From Raja brachyura (taxonomy: Eukaryota): a stretch of 64,000 nt of DNA. Of the stretch, positions 47,809-60,127 are shown piece after piece. The position numbers and the translations under genes were made by a program. The notes beneath the pieces were generated by a model. That model ran no database searches. It was not told where the DNA came from and saw only the letters and a program-made list of their open reading frames with translations. Location: the NCBI GenBank assembly GCA_963514005.1, contig OY740782.1, positions 43,896,001-43,960,000 of the forward strand, given 5' to 3'. The stretch's first letter is position 1; each line of letters opens with the position of its first letter.

Positions 47809-50220
47809 CATAGAAACATAGAAAATAGGTGCAGGAGTAGGCCATTCGGCCCTTCGAACCTGCACCGCCATTCAATATAATTATGGCTGATCATCCAACT
47901 CAGAATCCTGTACCTGCCTTCTCTCCATACTCCCTGATCCCTTTAGCCACAAGGGCCACATCTAACTCCCTCTTAAATATAGCCAATGAACTGGCCTCAA
48001 CTACCTTCTGTGGCAGAGAATTCCACAGATTCACCACTCTCTATGTGAAAAATGATTTTCTCATCTCGGTCCTAAAAGACTTCCCCCTTATCCTTAAACT
48101 GTGACCCCTTGTTCTGGACTTCCCCAACATCGAGAACAATCTTCCTGCATCTAGCCTGTCCAACCCCTTAAGAATTTTGTAAGTCTCTATAAGATCCCCC
48201 CTCAATCTTCTAAATTCTAGCGAGTACAAGCCGAGTCTATCCAGTCTTTCTTCATATGAAAGTCCTCCCATCCCAGGAATCAGTCTGGTGAACCTTCTCT
48301 GTACTCCCTCTATGGCAAGAATGTATGTCCTCAGATTGGGAGACCAAAACTTTACGCAATACTCCAGGTGTGGCCTCACCAAGATACTACAACTGCAGTA
48401 GAACCTCCCTGCTCTTATACTCAAATCCTTTTCCTATGAATGCTAACATGCCATTCGTTTTCTTCACTGCCTGCTGCAGCTGCGTGCCGACTTTCAATGA
48501 CTGGTGTACCATGACACCCAGGTCTCGTTGCATCTCCCCTTTTCCTAATCGGCCACCATTCAGATAATAGTCTACTTTCCTGTTTTTGCCACCAAAGTGG
48601 ATAACCTCACATTATACTGCATCTGCCATGCATTTGCCCACTCACCCAGCCTATCCAAATCACCTTGCAGCCTTCTAGCATCCTCCTCACAGCTGCACGC
48701 ATTTCCAATTTCCTGTTTGATGCCATCCTCAACTCCACTACTACTCTTAGGTGACCTGTACACAACACCCACTAGAGTGTTCTGCCCCTTAGTGTTTCGC
48801 AGCTCTACCCATATCGATTCCACATCCTCCAAGCTAATGTCCTTCCTTTCTATTGTGTTAATCTCCTCTCTAACCAGCAACGCTACCCCACGTCCTTTTC
48901 CTTTCTGTCTATCCCTCCTGAATATTGAATATCCCTGGATGTTCAGCTCCCGGCCTTGGTCACCCTGTAGCCATGTCTCCGTGATCCCAACTATATCATA
49001 ATCATTAATAGCTATCTGCACATTCAACTCATCCACCTTATTACGAATGTTCCTTGCATTGACCTCATATACAATTATGTTGAAAAGTGTCCCTTTTTGA
49101 TTTTTGCCCTGGATTTGTCTGCCTGCCACTTTTACTTTTCACCTTGCTACCTATTGCTTCTACCCTCATTTTACATCCCCTCTGGCTCTCTGCTCACACA
49201 TTTAAGAAACCCACCACCTCTTATTTTCTGTTTATTATTTGTTCTCCTTTCCCCCCTACATGTTGGGTCTGTGTGCTTCCCTTCTTTGCCTCCTGCCTCA
49301 CATACGGTCTACTAGCTTTCTCTATTTGAGTCCCTCCCCCCAACCGATCTAGTTTAAAGTCTCCCCAGTAGCCTTTGCAAATCTCCCTGCCAGGATATTG
49401 GTTCCCCTCGGGTTCAAGTGCAACCCGTCATTTTTGTACGGTCACACCTTCCCCAAAAGAGGTCCCAATGATCCAGAAACTTGAATCCCTACCCTCTGCA
49501 CCAGCCCTTCAGCCATGCATTTATCCACCACCTCGCTCCATTCCTACTCTCACTGTTGCATGGCACAGGCAGTAATCCTGAGATTGTTACCTTTGCGGTC
49601 CTTCTCAACTCTCCTCCTAACTCCCTAAATTCTCCTTTTCAGGCCATCTTCTCTTTTTCTACCTATGTCATTGGTACCTATATGTACCACGACCTCAGGC
49701 TCCTCTCCCTCCAATTTCAGGATATGTTGGACACGTTCAGACACATCCCAGACCCTGGCACCAGGAAGGCAAACTACCATCCGAGTCTCCTGACTGCGTC
49801 CACAGAATCGTCTATGTGACCCCCTAACTATAGCGTCCCCTATTACTACTGCCCTCCTCGTCTTTTCCTTACCCTTCTGAGCCCTGGTCTCTGTACCTGA
49901 GGCCCGGCTGCTGTTGCTACCCCCAGGTAGGCTGTCCCCCTCAACAGTACTCAAACAGGAGTACTTATTGCTAAGGTGTACAACCACCGGGGTACTCTCT
50001 AGTCCCTGCCTCTGCCCCTTGCCCCTCCTAACCGTGACCCACTTGTCTGCCTCCTGTGGCCTTGGAGTGGCCACCTCTCTGTAACTCCTCTCTCCAGGTT
50101 CCTAATACGTTCTAAGAGAACATCCCCATCTTGATGCACCTGATGCAGATGTGGACGTCTGGAAGGCTATCAGACTCCCTGACCTCCCACATCTGACATC
50201 CAGAACAGTAAACTGCCCTG
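47809..50220 (-). mobile_element. CR1/HER1-like LINE with ORF1 esterase, APE start and a large internal ORF2 deletion
   Basis: ORF1 49625-50074 'VIGDAIVRG...CLPGARV...VVVHIGTND' (SGNH esterase); APE 'NARNIRNKVDEL...GITETWL...FRRDR' fused at about 48695 to post-RT 'EEDARRLQGDLDRL'; intact 3' tail. Confidence 0.93.
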
Positions 50221-51694
50221 TCCCGCTGAGTTACTCCAGCATTTTGTGTCTACCTTTGATTTAAACCAGCAGCTGCAGTTCTTTCCTACACATTGTGGTC
50301 TGGCATCATTTGTATTAGCATTTACAACCCCATGCACAAACTCCAATTGGTACAGGTGATGACATATCTGGCAAGCTGTAAATCAAATAGAAAATGATGG
50401 GAATAACAAAAGGCAGGATCGTTAGTGGGCGATCCTAGTGTCTCAAGGGCCCTGAAACAATTGTATAAACTTTGCCCAAATCTCCCTCTTCAATTGAAAA
50501 TAAGTTTTGCACCAAAAATTCATCTTGTTAAATTAGAGGATAGCAGGCAGAACACATGCCTGGAAAGGTGCTTTGTGACCTTCTACCCATCTCACCCCAC
50601 CGCCCTGTCATCAATAGTCTCCAAGAAGCAACTCAAAATGTACAGCATGGAAACCAGAAACTTGCCAGCAATTGGGAGCATGGCCCAGCACCCAGCCTCA
50701 TCCTTGATGCCAATTGCCACCAGAAGAGCGAGTTTGCTGGGATGGCATCATAGGTTCAAATGTTGTTACCCATTGGTATACCAGATTTGCCAGAGGAGGT
50801 CGTTGAGGCAGGTATTATAACAGCATTTAAAAGACATATGGACAAGCACATGGATAGGAAAGATTTGGAAGGATATGGGACATACGCAGGTAAATAGAAC
50901 TAGCTCAGAGAGGGCATTTTGGTTGGCACAGACTAGTTGGGTGAAAAGGCCTGTTTCCATGTTGCATGGCTCTGTGACTGTCGTGAATGGATGGTGATGG
51001 AAGGTTCAGGGAATGAATAACCTTCCACTGTTTTTTGCATGCACTCCGTGACACTGAAGAACATTATCCCATCGGCACAAAATGGAACTTGTCCGTGCCC
51101 AAGATCCAAGCCACAGCTGTCAATTAGAATTAACATGTTTCAAACTGCTCGATAACTACACGTCTCGCAGGACTTGAAGCATTTTTCAGCCACTGTCCTT
51201 CTGTTAAGGAGGAGTGTGCTGCCATGGTCTAAGTGGCTTCTGAAGGCATTACATTTGTTTTCTGGCATCTGGGTTGTGTTGCTCATCAAACAAGACAGGG
51301 CGTCTGATCATTTCTATTAGATTCCCCTTCATCCTTCTAAACTCCAGTGAATACAAGCCTAGTCTTTTCAATCTTTCCTCATATGACAGTCCCGCCATCC
51401 CAGGGATCAATCTCGTGAACCTACACTGCACTGTCCGTCCTCAAATTAGGAGAACAAAACTGTACACAATACTCCAGATGCGGTCTCACCAGAGCCTCTT
51501 TGCAGAATAACCTCTTTACTCCTATACTGAAATCCTCTTGTTAAGAGACTGGAACACCTGGGGTAAACCCACAGAGTCACAGGGAGAACGTACAAACTCT
51601 GTGCAGACAGCACCCATAGTCAGGATCGAACCCAGTTCTCTGGCGCTGTAAGGCAGCAACTCTACCACCTTCTCAGACATCTTTTCAATGAGAG

Positions 51695-51730
51695 GATGGT
51701 GAGGTAACTTCACAAAGTTACCTCACCATC
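51695..51730. repeat. Perfect 16-bp hairpin with 4-nt loop
   Basis: GATGGTGAGGTAACTT-CACA-AAGTTACCTCACCATC. Confidence 0.92.
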
Positions 51731-52949
51731 AGTAGAAAGTCACAAAGTACATTTCCAGTCATGTGCTCTGCCTGCTCTCTTCTGAATTCAGAAGAGACCC
51801 AGGGTAAAGTTCCCGTAAATTAAAGAGGGAGCTCAGGGCAAAAATAAATACATTCTTACCAAGGGCCATGAAAGTTTAAAATTCTAGATGGTAAAAAAAA
51901 AGCTTAAAGAAAGACCTTTGAATGATTTAATGTGCATCTTTAAAATCAGTGGGGTTTTTTTAATCCTCCAACAATGCCATCTAAATTTCCTTTGCCACCC
52001 ATTTATTGATAGAGGTGGTGCATTTAATAAAGTTGTTAGCTCCCAGCTACAGCAACCTGGATTCAAACTTAAGATCCAGTGCTGTCTCTGTGAGGTTTGA
52101 ACGTTCTCCCTGTTACCGCATGGGTTTCCTCGCACTCCCCAAAGACATGCAGGTCAGTGGGTTAATTAGCCGCTGTCATTTGTCACTAAAGTGTAGAAAA
52201 TCCACAAATTGTTGGGAATTTGGGAGAATAAAATGTGAGCATTGCGAATAGCTTAAATGGGGCACCTCGGTTGGCATTGACAAGTTAGGCTGAAGGGCAT
52301 GTTCCTGTGCTGTATGACCATGTCTGTAATGTAAATGGGTTGGGGAGTGTGGGGTTGGAACAGACTCATGGGTTCAAGGGTCTGTTTCTGCTCTCCTTGA
52401 CCCAAAGACTATGAACTGAGGCACCTGCACTGGGCACATCTATACAGCCCTTTATTCTCATATGGAGAATATCTGCTAATGAAAAGGCAACCACTCTGGG
52501 GCGGTTACAACCTGACCTGACAGTGGTTTATCTCCACATGATTATTCACTTTTCTTCACCAGTACGTCTGTTCACAGTTTTCTATTTCCACTTTCTCCAT
52601 TGATCTGCCCTTCATCTTCATGGCTGGCCTTCATTTCATGAGCTTTTGGGCATGCTTGGAGAGGCTGATATCCTGCTGACTTCCAAAAGGATATATCAGC
52701 TGGAGGCTGACATACATTTGTATACCAAGGGATGTCTTGATTTGTTTAAAAAAAAACTATTTCACATTTTAGTGGAAATATTAAAATGATTCATTTGCAG
52801 AATTTATGAAATATGCAGCACTATTTTTATGTTAAGGAATCGCATCACACTTGCAGCATTCATTCATTTCTGTTTAATCCTTTGTCAATTTGACCAGTAA
52901 AATCCCAAATGCATTTTGTTTAAATAATGGTCATTCAATGAATTCTTGA

Positions 52950-53628
52950 AAGATGCAGCACAGAAACAAGCCCATTGACCCACTGAGTCCACTCCGACCA
53001 TTGATCACCCATTCACATTGGTTCTGTTAACCCACTTCTCATTTCCATTTCCTACACACTAGAGGCAATTTTACAGAAGCCAATTCACCTACAAACACAC
53101 AAGTATTTGTGATATAGGAAGAAATCGAAGCACCCAGGGAAAACGCACCTGGTCACATACGAGAACATCAAAATTCCACACAGGGAATGCCCGAGGTGAA
53201 AATCAAACCGGGGTCTATGGCGCTGTGAGGCAGCAGCTCTAAAAATCGCTGTCGACTAATTGAATTGAATTCAATGACATTTTCATTGTCCATTGTATCA
53301 GCAGACTTCATAAGACAAAAAGACTGGGTTAAGTTTAGTTTAGAGATGCCGCGCGGAAACAGGCCCTTCGACCCACCGAGTCCGTGTCGACCGGTGATCC
53401 CCGCACACACTAGGGACAATTTATACTTATACTAAGCCAATTAACCTACAAACCTGTACATCTTTGGAGTGTGGTAGGAAACCAGAGCACTCGTGGATAT
53501 CCCATGCATGTCACGGTGAGAACGTACAAACTCCTTATAGGCAGCAACGTGATCAGGATCAAACCCGGGTCTCTGACGCTGTAAGTGCTGTAAGGCAGCA
53601 ACTCTATCGCTGCACCACCGTGCCGCCC
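52950..53628 (-). mobile_element. Two adjacent HE1-type SINEs (about 52950-53240 and 53330-53628)
   Basis: Both carry the tRNA-like head and core; the second retains many CpGs and a TTTAG tail, so looks younger. Confidence 0.8.
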
Positions 53629-53639
53629 CACAGTGAGAA

Positions 53640-54235
53640 CTTCAAAAGTCAAAGTCAAAAGAGTTTATTGTCATGTGTCCCTGACAGGACAATGAAAATC
53701 TTTCTTTGCATAGCACAACAGAACATAGAAGGCATTGACTACAATTCTATACATAAATACACCCATGAATTAATAAATTAATAAAGTGCAAATAACAGAT
53801 GGAGGGATATTAATGTTCAGAGTTCCGAGCCAGGTTTAATAGCCTGATGGCTGTGGGGAAGTAGCTATTCCTAAACCGGGTTGTTGCAGTCTTCAGGCTC
53901 CTGTACCTTCTACCCGAAGGTAGCAGGGAGATGAGTGTGTGGCCAGGGTGGTGTGGGTCCTTGATGATGCTGCCAGCCTTTTTGAGGCAGCGACTGTGAT
54001 AAATCCCCTCGATGGAAGGAAGGTCAGAGCCGATGATGGACTGGGCAATGTTTACTACTTTTTGTAGTCTTTTCCTCTCCAGGGCGCTCAAGTTGCCGAA
54101 CCAAGCCACGATGCAACCAGTCAGCAAGCTCTCTACTGTACACCTGTAGAAGTTAGAGAGAGTCCTCCTTGACAGACCAACTCTCCGTAATCTTCTCAGG
54201 AAGTAGAGGCGCTGATGAGCTTTCTTAATAATTGC
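53640..54235 (-). mobile_element. Rex1/Babar 3' end
   Basis: ORF 53810-54127 'LTGCIVAWFGN...RLQKVV...DPHHPGH...LPSGRRYRS...RFRNSYFP'; AATAAA plus (TTTGAC)-like tail. Confidence 0.88.
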
Positions 54236-55884
54236 ATCTGTGTTCTCAAACTTAGTATTCCGGACAAAATATTCAATGACTCAAGTCACTTGGTTCTGTG
54301 GCATCACTGGCACCTTGCCTCTGCCAAAATTACTTGTCTTGTCAAGATGAAAGTGACGGTCCAAAATAATCTTTCAGTGCTCATTATGGGCAACAGTTAA
54401 GTCTGATGTTTATGCATGTCCATTCTGTTCATGTTTTTATGCCCTCAGATCTTGCTGTGGCGCTAACCATAAGCCTATTTGTTTTTCCCTTTGTTGTTTG
54501 AAGCATTTTGCAAGTACTGGCACGTGTTAGAAATTTGAATTCATCAATTTAATGAGTTTTTTTCTGAGCTACCTTCAATTCCCCAGTTAACTTCAAAAGC
54601 TGTGTTGGTGCTGATGTGAACAACCCTTGCTTCAAGGCTGCAGAACAAACAATAAATTATTTAATCATTCATTTCAAAGTGATTCTGTTTAAATCTTTGG
54701 AGCAATATCTTAATAGCATGTGTCTTTGGCAATGTCCTCTGTGCAATGCTGAGAACACGAGTATGGAGGAAGGAACTGCCGGAGCTGGTTTACACCAAAG
54801 ATAGACACAATATTTCAGAATCTTTGAGACATCGATTGCTGAGTTACTCCAGCATTTTGTGCCTATCCTCTGAGAGCACAAGGGTTCCCAAACCATGTAT
54901 ATCACTCCTCTTTTTGTGGGCAGACTGACTGCTGTACACCAACTGAAGAATGCATTCCTTACTGGATACATTTGCCATTGTAATAGGCTGACACCTTGCT
55001 CACATCTAGATTTTGTTAATTTTTCTTTGCAGCATCACTGACCAATTGGAAGCATTAATGGGAACAAGCACTTTGCAAATGGATTCCAAAAACATAGAAT
55101 ATATAACAGTAGAGCAATGGTTCAGTTCAGTTTAGTTTATTGTCACATGTTCCGAGGTACAGTGAAAAGCTTTTGTTGCGTGCTATCCAGTCAGCAGAAA
55201 GATCCTTTGGCCCAAAATACCGCACTGAACAAAATGCAAAGTTAGCTAATCTCCTTTGGACAGGATCATGGATAGACGAGGTTTAGAGGGATATGGGCCA
55301 AATGCAGGCAGGTGGGACGAATGTAGATGAGGCATCTTAGAAGGCGTGGGGACAATTGGGATGACGGCCCTGTTTCCTTGCAGTATGACTCTATAACTCC
55401 TATGCCAGCACATGATCCACGTCACTCCATTACATGCATTTCCAAGTGTCATCCAAACGCCTTTTAAGTCTCACTATCGTATCTGCCTCCACCACCGCTA
55501 CTGACAGCGCATTCCAGGCACTCACCATTCTCTGTGTAAAAACAATTCATCTAATTTCAAGTATGCCCCTTTCACCTACAAACCTTTAACCTTTCTACCG
55601 TAAGAAAATGGTTTGAACTGCCTACCCTATCTATGCCTGTCATTATTTTATAAAGCTTCAGGTCTCTTTCAATCCCTGACCCTTGAGAGAAAACTATCTA
55701 AGTTTGTCCAACCTCTCTGTATAGCTTATACCTTCTAATCCAGATAGCTTTTCTGGTAAATCTCTTCTGCGGCCTCTCCAAAGCCTCCACATACTTCCTG
55801 TAAGACTTTTATCCAATTAGTTCTGACTGGGAAAATAGAATGGTCTTTGTGTAGCAATGCACGTAAGAAATTGTTCAATTTCAT

Positions 55885-58040
55885 AGGTAGACAAAAATGC
55901 TGGAAAAACTAAGGGTGGGGGGCGGGAAGAAGAAAGGAAGAAGCGGAGACAGAAGGCTGAGGGAGAGCTGAGAAGGGGAGGAGAACGCAGGGAATACCTG
56001 AAATTGGAGGTCAATGTTCATACCGCTGGGGTGTAAACTGCCCAAGCGAAATATGGGGTGCTGCTCCTCCAATTTATGGTGGGCCTCACTCTGGCCATGG
56101 AGGAGGCCCAGGACCGAAAGGTCGGATTCGGAATGGGAGGGGGAGTGGAAGTGCTGAGCCACCGGGAGATCAGGTTGGTTATTGCGAACTGAGCGGAGGT
56201 GTTGGGCGAAGCGATCGCCAAGCCTACGCTTGGTCTCACCGATGTAGAGCAGTTGACACCTACAGTGGATGCAATAGATGAGGTTGGAGGAGGTGCAGGT
56301 GAACCTCTGCCGCACCTGGAAAGACTGCTTGGCTCCTTGAATGGAGTCAAAGGGGGAGGTAAAGTGACAAGTGTAGCATTTCCTGCGGTTGCAAGGGAAA
56401 GTGCCAGAGGAGGGGGTGGTTTGGGTGGAAAGGGATGAAATGACCAGGGAGTTATGGAGGGAGCGGACTCTGCGGAAAGTGGAAAGGGGAGGAGATGGGA
56501 AGATGTGGCCGGTGGTGGGATCCCGTTGGAGGTGGCAAAAATGTCGGAGAATTATTTGTTGTATATTACGACTGGTAGGGTGGAAGATGAGGACAAAGGG
56601 GACTTTGCCCTTGTTACGAGTGAGAGCAGAGTTACGGGGTATAGAAGAGACCCTGGTGAGAACCTCATCTATAGTAGAAGTGGGGAACCCCCGTTCCCTG
56701 AAGAATGAGAACATCTCCGAAGCCCTGGTTTGGAACACCTCATCCTGGGTGCAGGTACGGTGTAGACGGAGGAATTGGGATGGAGTCCTTACAGGAAGCA
56801 GGGTGGGAAGAAGTGTAGTCCAGATAGCCATGGGAGTCAGTGGGTTTCTAGTAGATGGAGATAGCGAGGTCTAGAAATGGTAGGGAAATGTTGGAAATGG
56901 TCCAGGTGTATGTGAGTGCTGGATGGAAGTTAGTGGTGAAATGGATGAAGTCAGTGAATTCTGCATGGGTGCATGAGGTAGCACCAATGCAGTCTTCGAT
57001 GTAGAGGAGGTAGAGTTCGGGGATTGGGCCTCAAACAAAGATTGTTCGACGTACCCTACAAAGAGGCAGGCATAGCTTGGGCCCATGCACGTACACATAG
57101 ATGCGCCTTCTATTTGGAGGAAATGGGAGGAGTCAAATGAAAACTTATTAAGGGTAGGACCAGCTCCGCTATGCGGAGGAGAGTATCAGTATACGGGGAT
57201 TGGTTGGTTCTGCGGTCGAGGAAGAAACGGAGGGCTTTAAGACCCTCCTGGTGGGGGATGGATGTGTAGAGTGACTGGACATCCATGGTGAAGTTGAGTG
57301 AATGGGGGCCTAAAAAAATGGAAGTCATGGAATCGACAAAGAGCGTGTGAGGTGTGTTGAACATAGGTAGGGAGGGATTTAACCAGGGGGGATAGGATGG
57401 AGTCGAGGTATGTGGAAATAAGTTTGGTGGAACATGAACTGGCAGAAACAATGGGTCTGCCAGGACAGTCAGTTTGTGGATTTTCGGGAGAAGGTAAAAT
57501 CAGGACGTGCGGGGCTGGGGAACGATGAGGTTGGAGGCTTGGGAGGGCAGGGAGCCGAAAGTGATGAAGTCAGTCATAGTCTTAGAGATCATGGCCTGGT
57601 GCTCGTCTGTGGGGTCATGGTCCAAGGATAATTAGGAGGAGGTGTCTGAGAGTTGGCGTGTGGCCTCAGCCTTGTAGAGATCAGCGCGCCAGACTACCAC
57701 GGCAACTCCCTTGTCGGCAGGTTTGATCACCCAGTCTGGGTTGTTGCAGAGTGAGTGGAGGGCTGAACGCTTCAGGGGGGAAGCGGTTAGAGTGATGAAG
57801 AGGAGTGGAGAAGTTGAGGCGGTTGATGTCCCGCCGACAGTTTAAAATAAAAGGTCTAAAGCAGGTAGATGGCCAAGATCCAAGTTCGGTATCCAAGAGG
57901 GGGAGGTCAGAAGAGATGGTGAACACACGGCAAGGATGGGGGTTGGGGCCGGAGGAAGGCAGGTGAGTGGATGGAGTCCGAGGCGATGTCTAGTAGGAGT
58001 GTGGTAGGTGGCCAGGGAGGAGGGGGGTGTGAGTCGTCAA
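55885..58040 (-). mobile_element. Penelope-like element (RT plus GIY-YIG endonuclease), frameshifted
   Basis: ORF 55881-56831 'CNRRKCYTC...FTCTSSNLIYCIHC...LYIGETKRRLGDRFAQH...PSGMN'; RT pieces 'TMDVQSLYTSIPH' (57110-57451) and 'MGPSYACLFVGYVE' (56871-57098). Confidence 0.93.
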
Positions 58041-58419
58041 CCTGAACATAATACTGTCACCAGTTGAATATGTAGGTGAGGTCATAGTTAACAATAAACT
58101 TTATAGTAATTCAGATAAGGTGACACTAAACAATGCAGGTTTGTTTGTTCCAGCCCCAGCATAGGAGCAGGCCCTTCAGCACACAATGACACTGTGGGCC
58201 AGATGGCCTGCTCCAGGTTAGTCAGTCTTATGCAAGTCAGCTGTTAAAGATGCACTAGTAGTTCATTTTAAAGTAGCCCACTTGGCAAGGATCTCTTGTG
58301 GTTATTTTAACTCCCATCTGATTTTAATTCTCTTTGACTTGAGTTTGGCTTCACATCCTGTGCTTCAGTTTGCATGGTGAGCAGAGGAATCTTGTTGCTT
58401 ATTTTTAATTGTTATTCAG

Positions 58420-58436
58420 TACCCCCCCTCTGGAAA
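58420..58436 (+). other. Weak candidate microexon (17 nt)
   Basis: TTGTTGCTTATTTTTAATTGTTATTCAG|TACCCCCCCTCTGGAAA|GTGAGT; TGCATG at about 58370. Confidence 0.2.
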
Positions 58437-59039
58437 GTGAGTCAGAAGCAATTTAAAATGTAATTCCCCGGTTACGGAATTGCCTGGACTCGCAATGACG
58501 TTTGGTAGCTGAGGGGAGCCAAAGTTAGTGAAATTGTGAATCACCCCATCGTAAGGTCGATATCTTCAGAGAAAAGGGAAATTCGAAGGAAAACAAAAAG
58601 AAAATTAAAAAATTCCTTTACCAAATTTTAAATTACATTATTAAATGAGCATGCTGAATATTGCTCATTTATCCATTTTGTTCTTCTGTGATGATTTAGG
58701 AATGTGCTCTCTTTCATTATGGAAACACTATATTACACTAGTTTATCCATTTCAGCTTTCTGAAAGGTTTCACAGTACATTTCACATAATTTATCTTCGT
58801 ATTCATATGAGATAAATGCAAATCTACAAAATTTCTCAGCCTGGTAAAGAAATATGGATACGGTTTAATATATTATGATATACTGCAAACAAGCCTTTCC
58901 ACGGGGTACATTTCTCGATATACTCATTTCCATCTCTAAAGAGTGAAGAACTGGAATTTTAAGGTAGACTACCCAGCTGGGACCCGTTGGGTCGCGTCCC
59001 CTCAACGTGTGGTTGCGGGGGAGCGGCCTGCGGTGTAAC

Positions 59040-59418
59040 ACGAGGGGAGAGGGGGGAGAGAGATAAGGAGGGGGGGAGAGGAGGTGGGAGGGGAGGATGG
59101 GGGAGAGGGGAGGATGGGGATAGGGGGGAAGAGGAGGGGGGAAGAGGAGGGGGGAGGATAAGGGGAAAGAGGGAGAGGAGGGGGGAGCGGTTAACAGCGG
59201 GGGGAGCGGGTAGCAGAGGGTGGGAGCAGTTAACAATGGGGAGAACGACAGAGGAGCAAGCGGGGAGGAGTGGATAGCAGCGGGGAGGAGTGGTTTATAG
59301 CGGAGGGGGGAGCGGGGAGCAAGTAGCAGCGGGGGGAGCGGGTGAGAATGGGTAGCAGCAGAGGGGAGCGGGGAGGAGCGGTTAACAGTGGGGAGGAGCG
59401 GTTAACAGCGGGGGGGAA
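59040..59418. repeat. G/purine-rich low-complexity repeat
   Basis: Dense GGG(G) runs and repeated GAGCGGTTAACAGCGGGG units. Confidence 0.85.
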
Positions 59419-59613
59419 CGGGCGTCAACCAAACCACTGCGAGTTCGGTGGAGAGGGGGATGTCACTCGCAGTGCTTTGGTTGACGCCCGCATATATAAG
59501 GAGAATTAAAGCTCAAAGGTTTCAGATAAAGTGATTTCGGACTCCAGGGAATAAATCTCGATCAGAATATGTACATTTTTTTACCATTAATGCGTTTTTT
59601 CGAACAAATGTGA

Positions 59614-59614
<1 letters not shown>

Positions 59615-59700
<86 letters not shown>
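59615..59700. repeat. (CA)43 microsatellite
   Basis: Uninterrupted CA run of 86 nt. Confidence 0.97.
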
Positions 59701-59701
<1 letters not shown>

Positions 59702-59884
59702 TTTAAGTAGATAAAATAACATTAAAGCGTAAAGGAAGAATTTATTTTCGCAATGGAAACTGTTTAGGTGAGGGTAGGATTTTTTTTTTGAGATGTATTT
59801 TAAACAGCTGTAAGTCTACATAAAGGTGTAAATGCTTGTGTCTTTAAAGAGGTTAATGATTGTTTTAGAGCTTGAGGGTTAGCA

Positions 59885-60127
59885 ACGTAGACCTAGATAG
59901 AGTGCACATGAGAAGATGTTTCCAGTAATGGGAAAGTCCAGAACCAAAGGGCACAGCCTCAATAAAAGGATGTACCTTTAGGAGGAGTTTCTTTAACCAG
60001 ATGGCGGTGAATCTGTGGGATTCAGCTGTGGAGGCCAAGGCATTGGGTATTTTTAAAGCAGGGATTGATAGTTTATTGATAGGTAAGTGCATCAAAGGTT
60101 GCATGGAGAAGGCAGGGGAATGGGTTT
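59885..60127 (+). mobile_element. CR1 3' fragment
   Basis: TCCAGAACCAAAGGGCACAGCCTCA...GTGAATCTGTGG...GGAGAAGGCAGGGGAATGGGTT, ending abruptly. Confidence 0.78.

Larger units (their letters stand above)
58964..59711 (-). mobile_element. Non-autonomous Helitron with decayed 3' terminus
   Basis: Minus strand A|TCTACTTAAAATGTGTG start; GACCCAACGGGTC hairpin near the 3' end as in the 6297 copy; terminal CTAG altered. Confidence 0.62.

Noticed and set aside
55033-55110. Plus-strand exon after a strong TTTTTCTTTGCAG acceptor
   Set aside because: No good donor before repeat sequence begins; the peptide is not identifiable
58865-59277. Proline-rich and Gly/Arg-rich ORFs
   Set aside because: Translations of a G-rich low-complexity tract
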